From: Euglena gracilis
Taxonomy: Eukaryota
Length of the DNA stretch: 64,000 bases
Assembly (NCBI GenBank): GCA_039621445.1
Contig: CP154954.1
Coordinates: 44,247,847 to 44,311,846, forward strand
Direction of reading: 5' to 3'
Under the pieces are notes generated by a model. It did not search any database. It had not been told where the DNA came from and saw only the letters and a program-made list of their open reading frames with translations. The position numbers and the translations under genes were made by a program. Of this stretch, positions 54,509 through 64,000 are shown one piece after another (within the stretch, counting starts at the first letter, position 1; every line of letters begins with the position of its first letter).

Positions 54509-57500
54509 CTATCGCGGGGCATCGGCGGTGGCCTTGAACTTCCGGCGGTGCTTCTTCTTGAGCGCGGCGACGCCCATCAGCGGCACGAGGTTGATGTCGT
54601 CCTCCGCGTTGCCGCGGCCGAACGTGACGTACGGGTTCTCCAGCATGGCTTGGCGGCAGGGGCCCCTCCCCTCTTTCCCCGGGCTGGGGGTGGTTGCAGC
54701 GGTTGAATGCTGGTGAACACGGCGGCCAACTGTCAAGAAGAACTTTCCTGCACTGCAGTGTGGGAGGTTGCCTGACCTGTCCATCGGAAATTACTCGATT
54801 CCCCCTGTTTTGCTTTGCCAAAAAGTCGGATGCAAACATATGAAATCTCTTAAAGTTTAAACTGGCGCAAGGGTTTTGCTTTGCATCCGGGGACGGCCCA
54901 ATTTTTTTTGCGAAACCTGTCAAATCTTTCATGTGGGACAATTTGGCAGCTTCAGAGGGGAGGCTTATGAGGTCAAATTGGCGTGCAGACGTGGAGGCCA
55001 ACTTCTTCTGGGAGGCCAACTTCCAGGGGGGGGGGGTTGGCCCCTGCGACCAGGGGGAGGAACAGGGGGGAGGTGGCACTCAGGGGGGTGGCTCTTGCTT
55101 GAGGTTGCATGGCCAACCAAAGTCGTTCACAAGGCAGTGTGAGTGGAAATTGCGGCTTCGACAAGGGGCCGCCTGGCCGGATGTTGGACATGCACATCAG
55201 CAGCCAGAAGAAGACGACGCACAGCATGTAGGCGTAGAAGGCGCCTGCCCCCTGCCTCCACACAGGGGCTGGGGTGGGGAGGGCACCCCGGCATCACACA
55301 CCTCTGCCACAGGGAAACCTTCTCGAAGAAGCGATGCGGCGTGTTGGTGTGGGCCAAGCGGGGCATGGGCATGCCATTGGGGTGGGATGTGGTTGGCCCG
55401 GAGAGGGAGGGGAGGTGATTGCAAAGCAAAGCCCTTGGGAGAGTATCTGCCATAGGGGTTGGGGAGCAAAATTTTCTCTTTAATTGAGCAAATGGGGGTG
55501 GACTTTGCCATAATGTATTTGGATGGATTTTATGCTCCTTGAGTCAAGGACAAGAAAACACATTCAGTGATTCAAAAAAATTTAAGTCGAAAAAGATGTC
55601 AGCTGCTTCTTTTTTTCGCCTGTTTTCGCCCGTGGACACCCAAAAAATGCTGTCAACATTTGGATCAGTTTAAAATATTAACGGCAGCAAAGACTCCTTC
55701 GGAGGAGGTCCTCAGGGTACTTTGTAACCTGCTCTTATGTTGAAAGAGGTCGATCAAGATGTTCTGCATAGTCACTCGATCACCCAACAATCTTCTTGAT
55801 TGTTGCCTTGAGAAGGCTCTAAAGCCTTCTTCTCTGGAATGTTCCGGAATGCACCAGAGTCTCATAGCCATAGTCATAGCCATAGCCGTTAGCTTACCCC
55901 CCCCCCCTATGTCCACGACCGGCAACCTCTGTTTTCTGACCGGGGGGGGATGGCTGTTAGACATAGGGTTGTGACCAAAAAGGTGTCCTCCGACCTACAT
56001 TCGTTGGACAAGGGGTAAAAAAAAAGTTGGCGGGTACCGGAACCCCACCCCCCCAAAAGGCAAAATTTTCCTTCCGTCACAAAGCACCAAAAATTTTGGG
56101 CAATTGACAAATTTTTGCTCAAAAAGCGCCAAAAATGGCATTTTGGCCATTTTTTGGCCGATTTTGGGTGCAAAGATTTCGGCCAAGAATTTGGCCAGAC
56201 TTCTGAAAAGGTGTCTTTCTCTGACCGGGGGGGGGGTGGCGGGGTGGGGAGTCGTAAGATATAGGGGGGGGGGTGCAATAAAACGAAAATTTTCACTTGC
56301 ACTGCCCTTTCTGTGAGACTGTTTGCAGGTTCACAGGAACTCATTGAAGGTTCCTTTCCATTCGAATACCACGGCATTTTCCTCGCGACCGGGGGAGGGT
56401 TGGTGCCTGACAGGGATACAAAACAAACGTCCATTCGGCATATGGCACACCAAAACTGGGCATTCTGTGGGTCACTGTTTATGGCCGAATGGAAAGTTTG
56501 AAAAAAAACGCCATCTGAGGCATGCTGCCATAACACAGGAGTGCTCCGAAGGGAGTGGGGTCAGACTGTTGCGGAGGCTGCAGAGTGCATTGAACCTTGC
56601 GCCTTTCGACCCCCCCCCCAAATTGGAGGGGGAGGCCCGAGGCAGCGCGGGGTGCCAGTTGTTGCCGATGTTTGCGAAGTAGGGGCCCATGGTGAACGCC
56701 AGGATGCTGATGCACGAGGTGCAGTAGCTGCGGATGGTGCACGGCGTGCGGTAGTCCCCCCAGTGGGGGGGCCCAAAGAGGGCGGGGAGTCTCTCGAGCC
56801 TCCGCGAACGACATTTGAACAACGAGCTCGAACAACATTCGAGGAGGCTTGAGAACCTCCTCGAATGTTGTTTGAGGTCGGTCGAGGAGGCTCGAGAGAG
56901 CCTCCTCGAATCACCTTGAACATATGTTGGACCATGAAACTGAAAATTTTTTTCCAACTAATTTCAAACCGATGCCCTTTTGTACGCAACTGTTCGAAGG
57001 GCCCTAAAAGAACAAAATCCCTTGTAAACCCCCCTCCCAAATAACCCCCCCCCCCCTCGGGGGCTGATTTCGAGCGCCTAAATAACACCCCCTGTTTTCC
57101 TTTGGGTTTCCATATGAAATGACACCCCCCAAATAACAACCCCTGGGGCCCCAGCTCGGGTGCCCAAATAACACACCGGGGGTGTGTGTTATTTGGGGGG
57201 GGTTTACTACACATTCCATGTGCGTGCAACTCCCTTTTGTTGCCGATGCCCTTTGTACGCAACTGTTCGGAGGGCACGAAGCAAAATAAACATGACGCTG
57301 TGTGGCTCCCTCAATTCTGTGGCACTGCCATTTATCAACCTCCCAAGAGAGGCACCACCGAGGCCGAGGCAGCTGTGTTGACACCCGTCGCCTTTGGGAT
57401 CTTGGGCCAGGAATTGGGTACTCCACCGACCGCCACCACAAAAATTCACAACCGTCCGCACAATTATTTCAAAAAATACGCCCCTGGTCGACTGGCAGAC

Positions 57501-60500
57501 GGAGGCCGGGGAGGCTGTGGGCCGCCTCACTGCCAGAGAAGACGCGGAGGCGCTCGAAGCCCAGGATGAGGTTGATGGCGTTGTTGAACGGCACCGTGAC
57601 CAACGGGGGCCCGATGCCTGAGAGCCGGCCCCAGGGACCTGCCCACCCTGGGGTGAGCCCCCCCCCCCCCTCAGCCCCAACCACTGCCACAAACAAACAA
57701 ACAACCACTCCCATTACAAGGAGGCTGTGCGGCATTAATGTGCTTGATGGACTTGGATGGCAGGTAGAAGCAGTTCCCGACAAAAAAGCACTAACATGTG
57801 CTAAACATGCAATAACATGTGCACGACCGCAACTCCCAGGGGCAGTGCTCTGCAAGGAAGAGGTCCACCTGGTAGAACAGGTCTTGGTACTGGAGGTAGA
57901 TGTTGCCCAACATCGTTTCCCGCTCCGTTTCACTGATCGCGGTGAGGTAGTGGCCGAAGTTGGGGGCTGCCTGGGGGGGAACCCTACGGACAAATAAAAA
58001 AGACTTGGATGATTCAAAATATGAAATGGGTGAAATAAATGGGAAAAAAAAAACTTCAATGGCAGCTTGCAGGGGGGGGGAATAATTGATATCGGAGGCC
58101 TTCGGAAAAATTGCGGAAAAATTGCGGAAAAATTGCGGAAATTGCGGAAAAATTACGGGAAAATTGATATCGGGTATACACATTTCTGCTTGGGGGGACT
58201 TAGAAAATTTTCAATTGTGAGGTTCAGAACACCGCAACACCCACGTCGATGCAGGCGAGCACAAATCAAAACGCTTGATGTTCTTTGCACAGGTGGGACG
58301 CACCCAATCCTGTGACCAGTGGTGCACCTGTGAGAAAAATTGGTAAACTGGGGGGGGAACCCATTTGAAGAATGGCTTGAACTCATTGCATCTTCCATCT
58401 TCGGTGGTGGAGAAAAAATTCTTCAAAAAAAATGGTGAAAAATTGCGGAAAAAATGCGGAAATTGCGGAAAAATTGCGGAAAATTGCGAAAAATTGCGGA
58501 AATTGCGGAAAAATTGCGGATATCAATTTCCCCCCCCCTGAGCTTGTACTCCGAATGCTCTCCCCCTCCGGCAGGGCACGAAAAGTCGCCCGAACAATCT
58601 GGGAGGTGTTGACGAGGTAATCACGGGGAAGCTCGGTTTGGGTCCCCACCAGGCCTCTTTGCAATCCAGAGTTGCTCAACGCGGCAGAACCCAAATTCAT
58701 TTTAGTGGACTATTTGGGGGGGGGGTCGGCAGCCCAGCTGAAGCTGCAGACTGGCAAAAAAAAGTTGGCGTGCTTGACCCTCTCCGACTTGATGCGTTTT
58801 GAACCCTGAACAAGCGCCCTGACGTCCTCACCCCCCCCACCCCCAATCGCTCCGCGAGCCCCAAAGCCCGGCCTGGGTGTGGTCCAGCACACGCTGAAGA
58901 GGTACAGGGCTTGCGCGGAGGCCTTGATGCTGGCCAGGATAGACAGCGCCTGCTCCCGCCGCTGGTACGCCGCGATGGGCCCCGGACAGCAGCGCTGTGG
59001 GAAGGAAGAAGGGGTGGCGGGCGGGCCAGGGGGGGGGCTCCAAATGCATGGGTGTGGGGTGCCACACAAACGCCAGCAAATGAGCACCGTGAGCATTGAA
59101 TAGAGGGCTTTGCACGTGTTCGTACCCTGCGCGTGTGGCAGGAGGCTGCATGGCATGGGGAACATTAGACGGATCCTGCAAAAGATGGGACGGGCCGCTT
59201 CCCGGCCGAGGGAGAAGGACAGCGGGAACACGACGATGGTGGTGTACAGCGGCGGCTGGAAGTCGACGTACCACTGGTTGCGGAGGCAGAGCCACGTGGA
59301 GATGACCGGCACCGCGAAGTACGGCAGCTGCCGGGGCCGGGCCGCGCGGCACATTCCGTGCGCCGTCCCTCCAACCACGGTGGGCAAACCGCGCCCCGGA
59401 GATCGCTGCAATTGTCGTCCGATGGGACCTGCAAACGCCTGAGAGCGCCGCAGGATGATTGCAGGCAGTGCCCCCCCCCCTATGTCCAATGACCGGTAAC
59501 CTCTGTCCTCTGACCGGGGGGGTGGTCGTTGGACATGGGGTCAAAAGAAAGTTGGTGGGTACCCGGGTCCCTACCCACCCAAAAATGCCCAAATTTTCCC
59601 TTCCGGCGCTTCGCGCCGAAAATTTTGGGCAATTTTGACAATTTTTTTTGTCCAAAAAGTGTCAAAAATGGCACTTTGGCCAAATTTTTGGCCAATTTTT
59701 GGGCAAAATTTTTCGTCCCGGCGCTTCGCGCCGGGACCAAAAATTTGGTCAAACCTCCGAAAAGGTGTCCTCTGACGGGGGGGGGGGGGGTGGTCATTGG
59801 ACATAGGGGGGTCGTTGGACATAGGGGGGAGGGGTAGTGCGTACCGCTTCGCGTGTGCAATGCAGTTTTCTCCCCAGGCGCGGCCCTGGGCCACGCGCAC
59901 AGAACCTTTTCATACCCAGTGATTCCGAGACCCCTCGGAAATTCCGGGTTCGTGGAACACCAACCCCCTCAAACGCGCCATTCGACCAGCGTGTCTTGGG
60001 CGGCCCGGTCGGAGCCGCACCCCGAACTTCCGGATGATGAAGAGGTAGAAGAGGGCCCGCATGAACTCGAAGAACAGCACCTGCCCGAGCTGCACGGCCG
60101 CGGGGGGAGGCTGAGGGTCGTGCAGTGGGCGACACGGGGTTGGGCCCGGCCAGGCTGACAGCGCTTGACAGTGACAGTGACATCGACAGCGCTTCTGGCT
60201 ACCATGAGCCTGGGTCTGGGGGATTGGGAGGCCACGAAAGCCTCCAGCGGCCCCCCGGGCGACCCACGGCTTGTGGACGTCGGGCTGCCAGGGGCAGTCA
60301 ATCAGCCGGTGGTTCGAGTAGCGCGACCGCTGGCCGAGCATTGCCTGCGGGCGGCTGCTCGACATCGGGCATAGACATCCCTATATCCAACGACTGGTTA
60401 CCTCTGTCCTCCGACCGGGGGGGGGTTATTGGACAATGGGTCCAAAAAAAGTTTGCAGGTTTTCAGGCAGGGGGGGGGGACGCAAACATGGACCCTCAAA

Positions 60501-63500
60501 AAACGCGACCCAAAAAAAGCACAAAAAAACGCAAAACATCAAAAGCAACCGCAAAAGAAACGCACATTGCATGTGAAATCCATTACGAGCTCCCCTGGGA
60601 TGTAAACTTTCTGCTGGAGAGGACTGATAAAAACTTTCGTCTCTGCCAGGGAAACTTTCATTTTGAATAAGAATAAGCATTTTGTTGGCCAAAAATGCAC
60701 AAATGACAAAATCGATAAAAATTTCCTTCTCTCGGGGGAAAATCGGAGCCAAAATCAGGAATTTTTTATGGTCGAAAATATTTATCCAGCAAAAATCCAA
60801 AAATCGCCAGGAAAAAATGACAAGAAAAAAAGCCAGGAAAACACAATTTTTTCCAAAATTGACAAACACAAAAAAAGCGCAGAAGAAAAACGTGTTCCGC
60901 CCCCGGTAACCAGGACCCCACCGCCCCAAAAGGTTAAAATTTCCTTCTGGCACTTTGCACAGGAAATTTTGGGTAACTTTGACACCTTTTTTTTGCCCCA
61001 AAAGTGCCAAAAATGTCAACTTTTGGCCAATTCTAGGCTCGAAATTTTTTTTCGGTCCGGCACTATGTGCTGGGCCAAAAATCTGGCCAAACCCCCGAAA
61101 AAGTGACCTCCGACTGGGTGGGGGTCGTCATTGGGCTGGACCCCCCAGGGTTCTTCAGAATTTCCCTGCTGAGAAGATGGCAAGGTCTGATGCCTGATAC
61201 CCTGATACTCCGATACCCTGATACTGGCTGCCTGTCCTGATCAGAGGTCGTCTCGGTCCACGGTCTGGCCGACCTGGCAGGTGGCGATTTCCAGGGGAGG
61301 AGCTAATATGCCCACGTCCCGTACTTCCTTACCAATGTCAGCTGACGGGAAAAAGGCGCAGGCTGGGAAAAAGGTGCGGGCTGGACCCCTCCAAGGGGTG
61401 GGGGGGTTCTGGGGGGGGGTCCTACCGGCTGTTGGGCGGGACTCAAAAGCAGGCAAAAAAGCCCAGCCAGCACCTTTTTTTCTCGCCAGCTTCCTGCCGA
61501 AGCCGGGGTTGGGTGTCAATAATTTTTTTGCATTGCGCCGAAAAATTGGAAAATGGGGTCAAAAATGTTGATTGTTGATATTTTTGGCTTTTTTTTTCAC
61601 CTCAAAAATTTGGATGAAAAAAATCCAACCCAGCTAGACCGTCCCCCCCCCCCAGCTTCAGAAACTCCCTGCATCTTGGGCATGGCAATTTCGCCCGGGA
61701 AGGAGGTGCAGGGTGAACTGGCGGGGGCGATGGCCTGTCAAGCAGTGGATGTGACCGCCGGGGCCCAAAACCAGCGCAACGGCCCGGCCTTGCCCCAGGA
61801 CAGCTTGCTGATGCCGGGGTGGGTGTGGTGCTCCGCGGCCTTGCCGGCGGCGGGGTCCTGCACCACCACGTGCCGCCCCTTCTGGCGGCGGGCCGGCCCG
61901 CCCAACCCATACCAGCGGCGGGCTGACCATCTGGGCTGGCAGCCATGCTGGGGGCCCACACTGGGTGTCGGTGTCGGCTTGGCTGACCTGTGCCACTCCG
62001 GAAACTGGAGTTCAAATGCAGTCAGGAGCTGTGTCCATGGGGTCCATACCTGGCTTGCGTTTCACAGGCGGCGGCGTTCCTAAGATGTGGGTTGGTCATC
62101 AAAACAACAATTTCGCAATGACAACACCGATGAAAAAAACCTTCAAAAACTATGAGTCGGAAAACCTCCCCTAACCGTTTCCCGGGTTTTCCCGTTTTTC
62201 GTTTTCACCTTTGTCTTTGAAAAGCTGTGATTTTCCGAAGGGCCAAGGCTGGCAAGCCTTTCCCTCCCTCCCCCTTCCTGGAGAGGCCGAAAATTGTCGG
62301 AAATTCATGTTAGATTTCCCAGGCATCTGGCGATAAACACAAGAGGAGGTTTGAGTTACACAAGAGTTGAGGTTTGAGTGAGAATGTTTTGTGACCCGTC
62401 ACAAAACATTTGGGGTGTGCCCACTCCCGGGGGGGGGGGGCAGCTCACCTTCAACAACAGTCTGATCCTCGCTCTGTCGCCGAGGAACTCCCTCCCGCAA
62501 CCGAGCTTGCCCGGTCGATTGGCAGACTGAGAGGACGAAGCCCTGCCAGGCGTGGGCTAGTGGCCAGGGCCGTTGGAACATCAATTGGAAAAGATCGAAC
62601 CCCAATGGTTGGGCAGGCACCATCAGCACAACGACCACATGTGAAACAGCAAGGCGCAGCGATGCATGCGAACCACCCGTCAGCGTGCATGACGAACACA
62701 CCAGGGGAAACAAGAGTCGCACGCACCGGCAAACCCTCGGCGAACAGCGACAGCAAGGTTCAGCCGCATCAAGCAAATGCACAACCAACACTTGACGCTT
62801 GCAGACTAAATAAGGAAGTTCTCGGCCAGGGAACTTCACCATTTCACTTCACTTCACTTCCAGTCCACTTCAGCCGCGGGGCGGGGCGTCTCCACCCCAA
62901 AGCCCCGGCCGGAGACGCTGATGGGGGAGGCGATGGAGGAGTCGTCCCACTCCGTCGCGGCGTCGTCCTCCGCCTCCAACAGCGTGGGTTGCTGCAGCTT
63001 CAGCGGCCGCGGCGGGTGCGGCGACGGCGTGGCCTCCTCTGGCTCCCCTTTCTCTGGCGGCACCGCGGGGTGAGCCCCGATCCCTCCTCCTGCTGCTGCT
63101 GCGGCTACAACCGACGTGTGGGTCATTTTTTCACTCTTAAAAAACCACTTCCGCCCCCCCCCCCCCCAATCGAGAGATATCGATATAAGTGCAGGTGGGA
63201 GGGCTGGTCTGGACCCCCCCCCCCCGCCACCTTGTCAAGAAAGGGGGGGGCTCCACCAAAACCGCAGCACGATCAAAATGGAGCATGTTTGGCCCGGCGG
63301 AAAATGCCGGGGCAAACCTTTTTACCTCCCCAAAATGCCATTTGGACAATTTTGGCCCTGTTTCGGGGAGGGGAAAAAGTACCCCTGGGAGGTCCAGACC
63401 CCCCTGGCAGGTGGGGGGGGGGTTTGGACCCACCTGGAATCAAGGGGGGCCCTCACCTAAAGCCGCGCCACCCTGCTTTTATCGAAACCTGGTCCGGAGC

Positions 63501-63950
63501 CAAACCACGTCAACCACAACCCAGGGTGTGGAGTTAGACACACAAGTGTGGCCAAGACCCAATTCTTTGGGGATTACTCCTCCCCATGGGGATTGGCTGG
63601 ACATGGAAGAATTCCAACACCATCCAGCAATTCTGTCCAGCCTTCATCCATGCAAAAATAAATCCCACTGCACACTGCGCTTGAAAGCTTCATTCCAGTT
63701 GAACCCATCTGAACCCCCCCCCCCCCAGCCTGGAGCGGCTGGCCCAGCGGTGGCCTCACAGTTGATGACGGGCAGCTGGGCCAGGATGGCCGCCATGTCC
63801 GGTGAGCGGCCGTCTGCGGCTCCCGCCACGCCGTTCGCTGCGGCAGCCGCCGGCCGGGGGGCGTCCGCCGGCCGGGGGGCCTCCGCCGGGCTGCCGCTGG
63901 GGGCGGCGGCAGGCGGGGGCGTCTGCGGGGCTGGTCCCAGGCCGCCTCTC
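54509..63950 (-). CDS. Bestrophin-like (algal/protist type) anion channel; 5' end not resolved, may extend beyond the window
   Basis: Spliced core: VVFPLSFSL|IAAYQRREQALSILASIKASAQALY ... VDLF|RLSGIGPPLV..NLILGFERLRVF..YRTPCTIRSY..GPYFA ... GAFYAYMLCVVFFWLLMCMSNI|QAMLENPY..EDDI ... stop at 54509. Low-complexity N-terminal exons lie at ~60090-60020, 60360-60260, 61890-61795, 63070-62915 and 63950-63760. Confidence 0.75.
54652..55178 (-). other. Nonconventional intron, N3-CAG...CTG-N5|A
   Basis: atc c|GGC CAGGCGGCCCCT ... AGGGGCCCCTG CCGCC|aa gcc gives SNIQAMLENPY. Confidence 0.8.
55246..56648 (-). other. Nonconventional intron, N3-CTG...CAG-N6|G
   Basis: ccc|GCG CTGCCTC ... GAGGCAG GGGGCA|ggc; 7-bp stem; gives WHPGAFYAY. 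Confidence 0.7.
57024..57207. mobile_element. MITE family with caaataacaccc motifs; relatives at ~5546-5665 and ~11343-11671
   Basis: gtaaacccccc..caaataa...ttatttgggggggggtttac terminal inverted repeats. Confidence 0.65.
57627..57855 (-). other. Nonconventional intron, N3-CAG...CTG-N5|G
   Basis: ttc c|TTG CAG ... CTG GGGCC|gg ctc, with extended pairing (ctgccc/gggcag, ctggg/cccag); gives VDLFRLSGIGPP. Confidence 0.65.
58070..58540. mobile_element. MITE family B copy 3 (small internal deletion)
   Basis: agcttg|cagggg...cccctg|agcttg. Confidence 0.9.
58645..58878 (-). other. Nonconventional intron, N3-CAG...CTG-N5|G
   Basis: acc ac|ACC CAGGCC ... GGCCTG GTGGG|g acc; in-frame join CWTTTQTELP. 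Confidence 0.7.
58977..59207 (-). other. Nonconventional intron, N3-CGG...CCG-N6|A
   Basis: ctc|GGC CGG ... CCG GGGCCC|atc gives FPLSFSLIAAYQRRE. Confidence 0.8.
59471..59834. mobile_element. MITE family D, best-preserved copy
   Basis: cccccctatgtccaa...ttggacataggggg; two cggcgcttcgcgccg hairpins. Confidence 0.85.
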
Positions 63951-64000
63951 TGCCAGCCCGGCTCCAAACCACCCGCCCTAAATGCTGTAGGCCGGAGCAC

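Noticed and set aside
58070-58545. Family-B MITE as an exact intron of the bestrophin gene
   Set aside because: The sequence beyond its end is not coding-like; it is nested inside a larger intron.
62410-63537. 375-aa plus-strand ORF
   Set aside because: It runs antisense across a bestrophin-like exon and into repeat sequence, with no domain features.

Overview
This is eukaryotic nuclear DNA, very probably from a euglenid (Euglena-like). Short GC-rich exons are separated by a mix of canonical GT-AG introns and euglenid-type nonconventional introns. The latter are non-GT-AG, with intron positions +4..+6 pairing to a triplet 5-6 nt from the 3' end. By manual splicing I reconstructed six intron-rich genes, all on the minus strand: (1) a secreted COLFI/fibrinogen-like domain protein; (2) a CFAP77-like ciliary protein; (3) a single-domain rhodanese; (4) a 4-RRM protein; (5) a claudin/amastin-like tetraspan membrane protein; (6) a bestrophin-like channel, whose start was not found. 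Introns and spacers are packed with microsatellites and at least eight families of non-autonomous TIR elements (8-bp, ~7-bp, 5-bp and TA target-site duplications). Most striking observation: CAG...CTG MITEs with 8-bp TSDs have exactly the geometry of the nonconventional splice signal (3 nt + 5 nt = 8 nt). One predicted nonconventional intron still shows a 7-bp TIR and a 7/8 TSD, which suggests a MITE-to-intron ('introner') route. Unrelated MITE families also share a GNA-triloop DNA mini-hairpin. Gene models are hand-derived without RNA data, so some exon boundaries are uncertain. Most long ORFs in the supplied track are microsatellite artefacts.
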